Below are positions 9,458-16,824 of a stretch of 32,000 nucleotides of DNA, one piece after another (within the stretch, counting starts at the first letter, position 1; the number at the start of each line of letters is the position of its first letter). The notes beneath the pieces were generated by a model, which made no database searches, had not been told where the DNA came from, and worked only from the letters and a program-made list of their open reading frames with translations. A program made the translations under genes and the position numbers. This DNA is from Pseudodesulfovibrio piezophilus C1TLV30 (GTDB taxonomy: Bacteria > Desulfobacterota > Desulfovibrionia > Desulfovibrionales > Desulfovibrionaceae), in assembly GCF_000341895.1 (NCBI RefSeq), contig NC_020409.1, positions 2,010,001 to 2,042,000 on the forward strand, in the 5' to 3' direction.

Positions 9458-9928
9458 ATGAAGAAGCTGATTTTACTCGCAATTGCCATGTGCCTTGTGT
9501 TCGCATGGGGTTGCTCCAAAAAGGTCAAGACCGAACCGGAAGTTGTTGTTGTTGAAGAGAAGGAAGTCATCGTCGAGAAAGAGCCTGTCGTGGTTGACCC
9601 CATGCAGGTCTACAAAGCTGAATACGATGCCCTGCCTGTCACTCATACCGTCACAAAGGGCGAATGCCTGTGGTGGATCGCCGAATACAAACATGTGTAT
9701 AACGATCCTTTCATGTGGCCGCTCATCTACAAGGCCAACCGTGACAAGATCAAAAACCCTGACCGTATTTACCCCGGCCAGCAGTTCGACGTGCCCCGTT
9801 ACGGCTTCGACCTCGAAGAAGTCAAAGCTGCCCGCAAGGATGCAGGCGCTCCCTGGATGGCTCTGGAGCCTGGTCAGGATGCCATGATCCCCGCAGAAAT
9901 GCGCGCGGCCCTCGGCTACAGCTTCTAA
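9458..9928 (+). CDS. LysM-domain lipoprotein
   Basis: Signal peptide with lipobox [19 protein letters not shown]. LysM-like segment [15 protein letters not shown]...[19 protein letters not shown] upstream. Confidence 0.85.
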   Translation: MKKLILLAIAMCLVFAWGCSKKVKTEPEVVVVEEKEVIVEKEPVVVDPMQVYKAEYDALPVTHTVTKGECLWWIAEYKHVYNDPFMWPLIYKANRDKIKNPDRIYPGQQFDVPRYGFDLEEVKAARKDAGAPWMALEPGQDAMIPAEMRAALGYSF

Positions 9929-9952
9929 GGCACACCTCTCTTTTGAGATATC

Positions 9953-9984
9953 AGCCGTCCACCCCCTCGGGTGGACGGCTTTTT
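9953..9984 (+). terminator. Rho-independent terminator of the LysM lipoprotein gene
   Basis: Perfect 12-bp stem AGCCGTCCACCC (9953-9964) / GGGTGGACGGCT (9969-9980), 4-nt loop, followed by TTTT (9981-9984). It lies 25 nt after the stop codon. Confidence 0.8.
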
Positions 9985-10523
9985 GCGTTCTTGTGGCAGG
10001 ATTCTCGCCCGTTATTGCGCACTTCAAAGCCAGCTGGCATGAGACGGCCTCAAGTCAGGAGGCAACAGCCTTTTCATTTTCACTGCCGCAGGGCACTTGA
10101 GGAAAGCCATCGTGTACCACAAGACTCCATACAAGAGCCCTCATAACGCAAGCCTTGCCGAGAAAAAGTCTCCATGACGCTTCGCGCCCTGAAGGATGTC
10201 ATCTTCATTCAGGGCATTAATGCTCATCTTGCTCTCGCACGACGAACCACCGACTCTCTTCATTATATAAAGATGTCCCTGTGTTGAAAGGCTCATTCCG
10301 CGAGCATATGAAACACGACAGACCCGGCATATTTCACCCCTTTGCTGCCCAAAGACTCCACTCACAATCGCAGAACATCCCGAAAATCGGGCATTTTTTG
10401 CACGCCAATACTGACGAACCGTTGACGCACGGCAGCTTCTGCCCACTGAATAAGCGGGTAAAATCAACCACTCTAGACATTTACTAAAAGGTTATCTTCT
10501 TAATATTTCTATATAAACTTAAG

Positions 10524-10540
10524 TTGGCACATATACTGCT
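10524..10540 (+). promoter_or_regulatory. Candidate sigma-54 (-24/-12) promoter of the flagellin gene
   Basis: TTGGCACATATACTGCT compared with the consensus YTGGCACG-N4-TTGCW. GG is at 10526-10527 and GC at 10538-10539, which is the canonical spacing. It lies about 47 nt upstream of the flagellin ATG in an AT-rich stretch. I found no sigma-28 type -10 box (GCCGATAA) nearby. Confidence 0.55.
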
Positions 10541-10585
10541 GAAGACGTCGCAAATGGATTTGAAGATCGAACAAGGAGGGTTCCG

Positions 10586-11512
10586 ATGTCTTTAGTTATT
10601 AACCACAACCTCATGGCGATGAACGCATCTCGAAACCTGAGTGACCACTTTGGTCGACTCGGAGTTTCCACACGGCGTTTGTCATCCGGTTTGCGCGTTG
10701 GCACGGCTGCTGATGACGCCGCCGGGCTGGCGATTCGCGAACTTATGCGCTCGGAAATCAGCTCCCTGCACCAGGGTATCCGAAATGCATCAGACGCAAT
10801 CTCACTGATTCAGACCGCTGACGGCGCGTTGCAGGTCATCGATGAAAAGCTCATTCGCATGAAGGAACTTGCGATGCAGGCCTCCACCGGTACCTACAAC
10901 TCGGACCAGCGACTGATCATCGACTCAGAGTACCAGGCAATGTCTTCGGAAATCAACCGAATAGCCAACGCCACGGACTTCAACGGAATTTATCTGCTCA
11001 ACGGCAACCTGTCCGGTGAACCCGCTACCGACCATAATGGTGCCGGCATCACTTCCACAGGCCCGCTGAAGATCCACTTCGGAACCGGAAACGATTCCGC
11101 TGAGGATTATTACTATGTCGCCATTCAAGGCTCGACCTCGTCCGCCTTTGGACTTGGGCACGACGCCGGAAGCAAGTTCGGCCTCACGGCCGAGGAACAA
11201 AACGCAGGCAAGGCCATTTCCACTCAGGCGCTGGCCCAGTCTGCCATGGCCGCGATCAATGCCGCGATCATTTCCAAGGACAAGATCCGCGCCAATCTCG
11301 GTTCCATGCAGAACCGACTGGAAAACACCATTACCAACCTGGAAATCCAGGCCGAGAACATGCAAGCTGCTGAATCCCGTATCTCAGACGTCGATGTGGC
11401 GCAGGAAATGACGGAATTCGTCCGCAACCAGATTCTCACCCAGTCCGCTGTTGCCATGCTCGCACAGGCCAACTCTCTGCCGAGAATGGCCATGCAGCTG
11501 ATCGGCGGCTAG
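10586..11512 (+). CDS. fliC: Flagellin (short, 308 aa)
   Basis: Conserved N-terminal D0/D1 region (MSLVINHNLMAMNASRNL...RLSSGLRVGTAADDAAGLAI) and C-terminal D1/D0 region (LGSMQNRLENTITNL...DVAQEMTEFVRNQILTQSAVAMLAQAN). AAGGAGG SD. Confidence 0.95.
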   Translation: MSLVINHNLMAMNASRNLSDHFGRLGVSTRRLSSGLRVGTAADDAAGLAIRELMRSEISSLHQGIRNASDAISLIQTADGALQVIDEKLIRMKELAMQASTGTYNSDQRLIIDSEYQAMSSEINRIANATDFNGIYLLNGNLSGEPATDHNGAGITSTGPLKIHFGTGNDSAEDYYYVAIQGSTSSAFGLGHDAGSKFGLTAEEQNAGKAISTQALAQSAMAAINAAIISKDKIRANLGSMQNRLENTITNLEIQAENMQAAESRISDVDVAQEMTEFVRNQILTQSAVAMLAQANSLPRMAMQLIGG

Positions 11513-11547
11513 ACTTAGTCACCGCTCTCACGGCGCATGACTGAAGA

Positions 11548-11597
11548 CGATCGGAATCCAACCCGGCAGCCGATGCTGCCGGGTCAGGGTCCGATCG
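11548..11597. terminator. Long imperfect hairpin between the convergent flagellin and rnc genes (likely a bidirectional terminator or processing site)
   Basis: Outer stem CGATCGGA (11548-11555) / TCCGATCG (11590-11597). Inner stem CCCGGCAGC (11562-11570) / GCTGCCGGG (11575-11583) with loop CGAT. Followed by TTT on the plus strand. Confidence 0.5.
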
Positions 11598-11640
11598 TTT
11601 CCCGTCACATTCCGGTCCACGCTCTTTTCCAGAATGGAAA

Positions 11641-12342
11641 TCAGTCGGAGAAGATATCGTCGGAATCGGAAAGAGACGCAAGAGCCTTGGCAGCCGCATA
11701 CTGCTCAGCACGCTTGACGCTGGTTCCCTGTCCGCGGAAGACTTCCCCGGTAGGCAGAGTCGCGTCCACGTCAAAGAGTTTCTCATGCTCCGGCCCACTG
11801 GTCCCGGCCAGAACATAGACAGGGCGATCCTTGAATCGTTCCTGCGACACTTCCTGCAACCGGCTCTTGTAATCCTTGGTTTCGGGGAGCATAGCCCGTT
11901 CCGGCCATTCATTTTCGAAGATGAGAAGAATGGTTTTTTTTGCCGCATCAAATCCGCCGTCCAGAAAGACCGCGCCTAAAAGAGCTTCGAAGGTATCGGC
12001 CAGCAGAGCATCCCGATCACGCCCTCCCTGAATTTCTTCCCCCTTGCCAAGACGGACATATTGATGCAATTGCAACTCTCTGGCCAGCGATGCCAGACTC
12101 TTTTCCTTGACCAGCTGTGAGCGAATCCGTGTCAACTGCCCTTCCGGTGCGCACGGATACCGTTTGAAGCCCTCTTCGGAAATACACAGCTCCAGTACGG
12201 CATCGCCCAGGAACTCCAGCCGTTCATTGTCGGCATAGCCCTCCTGTTCGTTGGCGTAAGAACTGTGCGTCAATGCTGTGGTGAGAAGCTTGACTTGCTC
12301 AAACCTATGGTGGATACACTCTTGAAGGTTACCCGTATCCAT
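11641..12342 (-). CDS. rnc: Ribonuclease III
   Basis: RNase III signature NERLEFLGDAVLEL, C-terminal dsRBD (KDYKSRLQE...GTSVKRAEQYAAAKAL). AGGAGG SD 4 nt upstream of the ATG. Confidence 0.95.
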   Translation of the reverse strand: MDTGNLQECIHHRFEQVKLLTTALTHSSYANEQEGYADNERLEFLGDAVLELCISEEGFKRYPCAPEGQLTRIRSQLVKEKSLASLARELQLHQYVRLGKGEEIQGGRDRDALLADTFEALLGAVFLDGGFDAAKKTILLIFENEWPERAMLPETKDYKSRLQEVSQERFKDRPVYVLAGTSGPEHEKLFDVDATLPTGEVFRGQGTSVKRAEQYAAAKALASLSDSDDIFSD

Positions 12343-12359
12343 TCAACCTCCTGTACTCT

Positions 12360-14462
12360 ATGCAATCAAACGCGAAACTTCAGCCTCTACTCTCTCCCGA
12401 CTCCATCGCCATCATCGGCGCATCAAGGAATCCGGGAAAACTTGGACACGTTCTCGTGGCCAATCTGATCCGCGCAGGGTACAAGGGGAAACTCTACCCC
12501 GTCAATCCCGCCGGGGGTGAAATACTCGGACTCCCTGTCATTTCCTCCATAGAGCAGTTGCCGAGCGAACCGGACTTGGCCATCATCGCACTGCCGCGCG
12601 AACAGGTTCTCGGGACCATGCATCAGTTGGCCGCCGCACGGGTACGGGCCATCAGCATTATTTCCGCCGGATTCCGCGAGACCGGACGAGATGGATTTGA
12701 GCTGGAAATGGCCATGGCCGAACTCGCCCGCAGGAAAAACATCCTTCTCCTTGGTCCCAATTCTCTCGGGCTTATTAATACCGACTGCGGCCTGGATGCC
12801 ACCATCGCCCAAGCATCACCGGCCAAAGGGTCCATTGCCTTTTTTTCTCAATCCGGAGCGCTCTGCTCTGCCATTCTCGACTGGGCGGATGGCGAAAGCT
12901 TCGGATTTTCCAAATTCCTGAGCCTCGGTAACAAGGCAGGATTGTCTGAAGCCGATGTGCTCGAAGCCCTTGGAGACGACACGAACACCAAGGTCATCAT
13001 CGGCTATTTGGAAAGCGTTGATGACGGAGAAAAATTTCTGCGCAAGGCACGAATGGTGACCGAAAAGAAACCGGTCATCATGATCAAGGCCGGAACGACC
13101 CAGGCCGGTGCCAGGGCCACATCCAGCCATACCGGTTCCATGGCCGGAGCAGTAGAAGCGTCTACCGCCGCTTTCCAGCAGGCCGGTATTATCCAGGTCA
13201 ATGACCTTGAATCCCTTTTTGATCTGGCCCGCGCTTTTTCCGAGCAGCCACTCCCGCAGGGACCGAATCTCACGGTAGTCACCAATTCCGGCGGCCCCGG
13301 TATCCTGGCGGCCGATGCCTGTGAATCCGTTGGCCTCCACCTTGCCCGACCAGCACAAAAGACTCTTGATATTCTGACCGAAGCGCTTCCGCCATTCGCA
13401 TCCATCTACAATCCTATTGATATTATCGGTGATGCCAGTGCAGAACGCTACCGTACGACGTTAAACGCCGTTGCCGACGATGAATATACCGATGCCATCC
13501 TGGTCCTGCTGACACCCACGGCTTCAGCTGAGATCGAAGAAACAGCCCAAGCTCTCATTGATATGGCAAAGAAATGTGCCAAACCCATATTTGCCTGCTT
13601 CATGGGTGAGCAACGGATCGGAACGGGACGCGACATGCTGCTTGCCGCCGGGATTCCATGCTATAACTATCCTGAACCCGCTGTCCGGGCCATTGAAGCC
13701 ATGCATGCCCACTATCGCTGGCAAAATCGCCCTTATCCCGTGGAAGTGTGCTTTCGCCGCGATAAGGGCAAGGCCGAGCGGATCATCACCAAAGCGCGTG
13801 CAGTCGGCCTCAAAGAGCTTCCTTTTCATGATGCCATGGAAATGGCCATGGCCTATGAACTTCCCGTGCCGGAAAACAGATTCGTTCGCACCAGCGATCA
13901 GGCAGTTCGCGCAGCCAAGAAGCTCGGCTATCCGGTGGCTCTCAAGATCGTCTCTCCGCATATTGCCAACCGTGGCGATGTCGGTGGTGTGGCCTTGGAT
14001 ATTCATGCCCCCCATGAACTGCGGCAGGCGTGGTTCAGCATCACGACCCGCGCTCAGCGCAAACGCCCGGACGCTTATCTGACAGGCTGTCTTGTCCAGA
14101 CCATGGGACCGACCAAGGCTCGCGAAGTCGTGGTCAGATTTACCCAGGACCCGCAATTCGGCCCTCTTATTTCCTTCTCTCTTGCCGGACCAGCGGCAGA
14201 AATGCTTGGTGACATCAGCTATCGACTGGCACCTCTCACCCTTCAGGATGCCCAGGAAATCGTCAGGGAAATTCAATCTATTCCACTGCTCAGGGGCGCT
14301 CGCGGCGCAGAGCCGGTCAGCCTGACGGCCATTGAAGATATTTTGCTGTCCATGTCGCAGATGGCGACGGACTTTCCCGAAATCCAGGAAGCGGAACTCA
14401 ACCCCATCCTGGTGGATGCCGAAGGCGCGCTGGTCACTGACCTTCGCTTGACCATCGGCTGA
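12360..14462 (+). CDS. ADP-forming acetyl-/acyl-CoA synthetase, fused alpha-beta type (NDP-forming acyl-CoA synthetase superfamily)
   Basis: N-terminal CoA-binding segment SIAIIGASRNPGKLGH, succinyl-CoA-synthetase-like phosphohistidine loop ATSSHTGSMAG, C-terminal ATP-grasp-like domain. 700 aa, no GNAT tail. Confidence 0.85.
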   Translation: MQSNAKLQPLLSPDSIAIIGASRNPGKLGHVLVANLIRAGYKGKLYPVNPAGGEILGLPVISSIEQLPSEPDLAIIALPREQVLGTMHQLAAARVRAISIISAGFRETGRDGFELEMAMAELARRKNILLLGPNSLGLINTDCGLDATIAQASPAKGSIAFFSQSGALCSAILDWADGESFGFSKFLSLGNKAGLSEADVLEALGDDTNTKVIIGYLESVDDGEKFLRKARMVTEKKPVIMIKAGTTQAGARATSSHTGSMAGAVEASTAAFQQAGIIQVNDLESLFDLARAFSEQPLPQGPNLTVVTNSGGPGILAADACESVGLHLARPAQKTLDILTEALPPFASIYNPIDIIGDASAERYRTTLNAVADDEYTDAILVLLTPTASAEIEETAQALIDMAKKCAKPIFACFMGEQRIGTGRDMLLAAGIPCYNYPEPAVRAIEAMHAHYRWQNRPYPVEVCFRRDKGKAERIITKARAVGLKELPFHDAMEMAMAYELPVPENRFVRTSDQAVRAAKKLGYPVALKIVSPHIANRGDVGGVALDIHAPHELRQAWFSITTRAQRKRPDAYLTGCLVQTMGPTKAREVVVRFTQDPQFGPLISFSLAGPAAEMLGDISYRLAPLTLQDAQEIVREIQSIPLLRGARGAEPVSLTAIEDILLSMSQMATDFPEIQEAELNPILVDAEGALVTDLRLTIG

Positions 14463-14661
14463 TTTTTTCGCAGAGTGACGAGGATGAGCCGGATTTTTCC
14501 AGCTCGTACAATGAAATGCAACGCAGGGAGACTGCCCGACGAGTTCAAGTGAGACATGACGGACCAGGGAACCATCGGGCCGCCGCAGCATTGGGCCGAT
14601 GAACACACCGTCATAAACGACTCGCTCGAACCCCGCAAGGCAGCCGCAGGAGGAACAAGGC

Positions 14662-15726
14662 ATGGCTGGACTCTACATTGGCTCGACAACCGGATACTCA
14701 GGCAAAAACATGATAGTCATGGGTCTTGGCCTTCGCCTTCAAAAGGAAGGGTACAACGTCGGCTATATGAAACCGGTCGGAGCCATGCCCATGGAGATCG
14801 ACGGTAAACTCGGCGATGAGGATGCCGCTTTTGTACAGGATGTCCTCGGCATCGAACAGGACCCCGAATTGGTCTCCCCCGTTGTCGTTACCCAGGATTT
14901 CAAGATCAAGGCATTTACCGGCAAGATGGAAGGACTTCTCGACAAGATCGTGGAAGGCTACAAGGGCATCTCGGAATCCAAGGACATCACGCTGGTCGCA
15001 GGCTCCGGTTCCATGTACTCCGGTAAATACTGTGATACCGATGCGGTCTCTGTCATCAAGAAGCTGGGCATCAAGGCAATCATCATCGACCGCTTCCAGA
15101 AAGAACTGAAATATGACTACCTCATGATGATGAAAGAGCACCTCGGCGACCAACTGGCCGGGGTCATACTCAATGACGTGCCCCCCCATTTCATGGATGA
15201 GATCAAACAATTGCTCGGCCCGGCGCTGGAGAGCAAAGGTGTCAAAATTCTCGGCGTCATCCCTCGTGACCCACTCATGGGTGCCATCAAAGTGGCAGAC
15301 CTGGCCGACCGGCTCGGAGGCAAGATTATTTCCGCCCACAACAAGAGTGAGCGCGTGGTCGAAACCTTTCTCATCGGCACCATGCAGGTGGAAAATTTTA
15401 TGACCCACTTTCGTAAAAAGAAGAATTCAGCAATCATTGTCGGCGGCGACCGGTCCGATGTTCAACTCGTGGCATTGGAAGGCGACTGCCCCTGTCTGGT
15501 TCTCACCGGCAATCTGTATCCCAACGATATCATCCTGACCCGCTCCGAAGTTCTGGAGACTCCGATAATCATGGTCCGGGAGGACACCTTCACCGTAGCC
15601 AAGAAGATGGATGACATCCTCTCCCGACACAAGCTGCGCGATGCCATCAAGATCAAGCAGGGAGCGGAACTGGTCTCGGACAATATTGATTTCCAGTACC
15701 TCAAAAAGGAATTGGGCCTGAAATAA
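14662..15726 (+). CDS. Stand-alone Pta N-terminal module (BioD-like P-loop domain plus DRTGG domain), lacking the PTA_PTB catalytic domain
   Basis: The N-terminus GSTTGYSGKNMIVMGLGLRL...GYMKPVG resembles the P-loop/BioD-like domain of long phosphotransacetylases. A later IIVGGDRSDVQLVAL segment fits a DRTGG domain. At 354 aa it is too short to contain the catalytic half. AGGAGG SD. Confidence 0.75.
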   Translation: MAGLYIGSTTGYSGKNMIVMGLGLRLQKEGYNVGYMKPVGAMPMEIDGKLGDEDAAFVQDVLGIEQDPELVSPVVVTQDFKIKAFTGKMEGLLDKIVEGYKGISESKDITLVAGSGSMYSGKYCDTDAVSVIKKLGIKAIIIDRFQKELKYDYLMMMKEHLGDQLAGVILNDVPPHFMDEIKQLLGPALESKGVKILGVIPRDPLMGAIKVADLADRLGGKIISAHNKSERVVETFLIGTMQVENFMTHFRKKKNSAIIVGGDRSDVQLVALEGDCPCLVLTGNLYPNDIILTRSEVLETPIIMVREDTFTVAKKMDDILSRHKLRDAIKIKQGAELVSDNIDFQYLKKELGLK

Positions 15727-15746
15727 GTCTCACCATATACGCAAAG

Positions 15747-15785
15747 AAAAGGGGAGCGCCGTGTCTCGGAGGCTCCCCTTTTTTT
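15747..15785. terminator. Bidirectional rho-independent terminator between convergent genes
   Basis: AAAAGGGGAGC (15747-15757) pairs with GCTCCCCTTTT (15772-15782). It has an A-run upstream and a T-run (15779-15785) downstream, and sits between the Pta-N gene (+) and the proline dehydrogenase gene (-). Confidence 0.75.
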
Positions 15786-15809
15786 GCGTAATGTATAGGG
15801 ACCGACTTG

Positions 15810-16757
15810 TCAGCCTCTCCCCATCATGGAGCGCAGGACAAAAGCGAGATTCTTCGGATTCTCCCCCACGCGACGAATGGAATAGGGAAACCAGTCCCGC
15901 CCGAAAGGGAGATAAAGACGAAGGCTGATTTCTCTTTCAACCAGGCATCGCTGGAAATCAGGGCGCACTCCCAGAAGCATTTCCACTTCCCATTGATCAG
16001 GACTCCAGCCATTCTCCTGAGCAAGGTGGGACGCAAAATCGATCATGCGATGATCGTGCGTTCCCAGAACAGGATAGACTCCACGGGCCAAAGCCTCCGG
16101 ACTGAAAAGAGTGACCATAGCCTTGCGATATGCGGTATCCCGATCCACACGACCGGTCACGGCCACTGAGGCCCGTTCGGCAAACGCCCCCTTGACCAGG
16201 CGAACCATGGCCCCGTTCGCCACCAGTCCGGTCAGATCGTTCTGCGTCCGATGCAGGTAAGCCTGTACTGTTATGCCGACAGGGAGGCGAGCCTCACGCA
16301 AATGGTCATAAAGAGCCAGGGTCTGCCCGGTCACCGATGAATCCTCCATATCGAGCATGAGCACATTCCTCCCTGTCCCGGCCTGCTCTGCGACATGACG
16401 GGCCAGAACAATCACATTGTCACGACAGACATCCCAGGAAATCATGGAACCAACCTGCGTGGGGTCCACGGATACATGGACGTCCAGCCCGGCATTGCCC
16501 AATCCGGCGAGGCAGGCCTGCAACTGATCCATGGTCAGCCCGATCTCCACCGGATCATCAACGTACTCACCAAGATAAAACAATGATGCAGCAGCATCCC
16601 AACCATGTAAATCTGTGGCACAAGCGAGAGCTTCAGGGACATTCCCTCCACCCACGAACTGACCGGCAAATCGAGCCATGAGCCGAGAGCTTTGCACTAG
16701 TCCGGTAATCCGTTCACTCCGAGCCAACAGTATCATCATCTTCTGCCAGAGCAGCAT
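15810..16757 (-). CDS. Monofunctional proline dehydrogenase family protein
   Basis: PutA PRODH-barrel-like sequence (VSVDPTQ..., MLDMEDS, GITVQAYL, MVRLVKGAF, VLGTHD). I place the start at the ATG at 16757, preceded by AAGGAGG. The track start at 17036 would overlap the upstream araC gene. Confidence 0.8.
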   Translation of the reverse strand: MLLWQKMMILLARSERITGLVQSSRLMARFAGQFVGGGNVPEALACATDLHGWDAAASLFYLGEYVDDPVEIGLTMDQLQACLAGLGNAGLDVHVSVDPTQVGSMISWDVCRDNVIVLARHVAEQAGTGRNVLMLDMEDSSVTGQTLALYDHLREARLPVGITVQAYLHRTQNDLTGLVANGAMVRLVKGAFAERASVAVTGRVDRDTAYRKAMVTLFSPEALARGVYPVLGTHDHRMIDFASHLAQENGWSPDQWEVEMLLGVRPDFQRCLVEREISLRLYLPFGRDWFPYSIRRVGENPKNLAFVLRSMMGRG

Positions 16758-16824
16758 GAATCCTCCTTTGGTTAAGAGGAAGAGATAACGCTGCCAGACT
16801 GCCCTGTATGGTATGAAATTGCTC

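Noticed and set aside
9541-9600. Low-complexity GTT/GAA-rich stretch (AGTTGTTGTTGTTGAAGAGAAGGAAGTC...).
   Set aside because: It lies in frame within the LysM lipoprotein and encodes a Val/Glu-rich linker ([21 protein letters not shown]) after the lipobox. This is an ordinary flexible tether, not a regulatory repeat.
10141-10467. 108-aa minus-strand ORF between the LysM gene and flagellin, considered as a real gene.
   Set aside because: It has no SD. Its N-terminal two thirds are Arg/Cys/Ser-rich with non-protein-like composition, and I recognise no family motif. Only the 28-codon tail is retained as a weak small-ORF possibility inside a finding.
13565-13582. Sigma-54-like motif on the minus strand (TGGCACATTTCTTTGC) inside the acetyl-CoA synthetase gene.
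   Set aside because: The GG-to-GC spacing is one nt too long, it is antisense within a coding region, and it has no downstream gene. It is most likely a chance match. Other TGGCAC occurrences (4618, 7990, 10698, 14226, 22781, 23205) lack a correctly spaced GC element.
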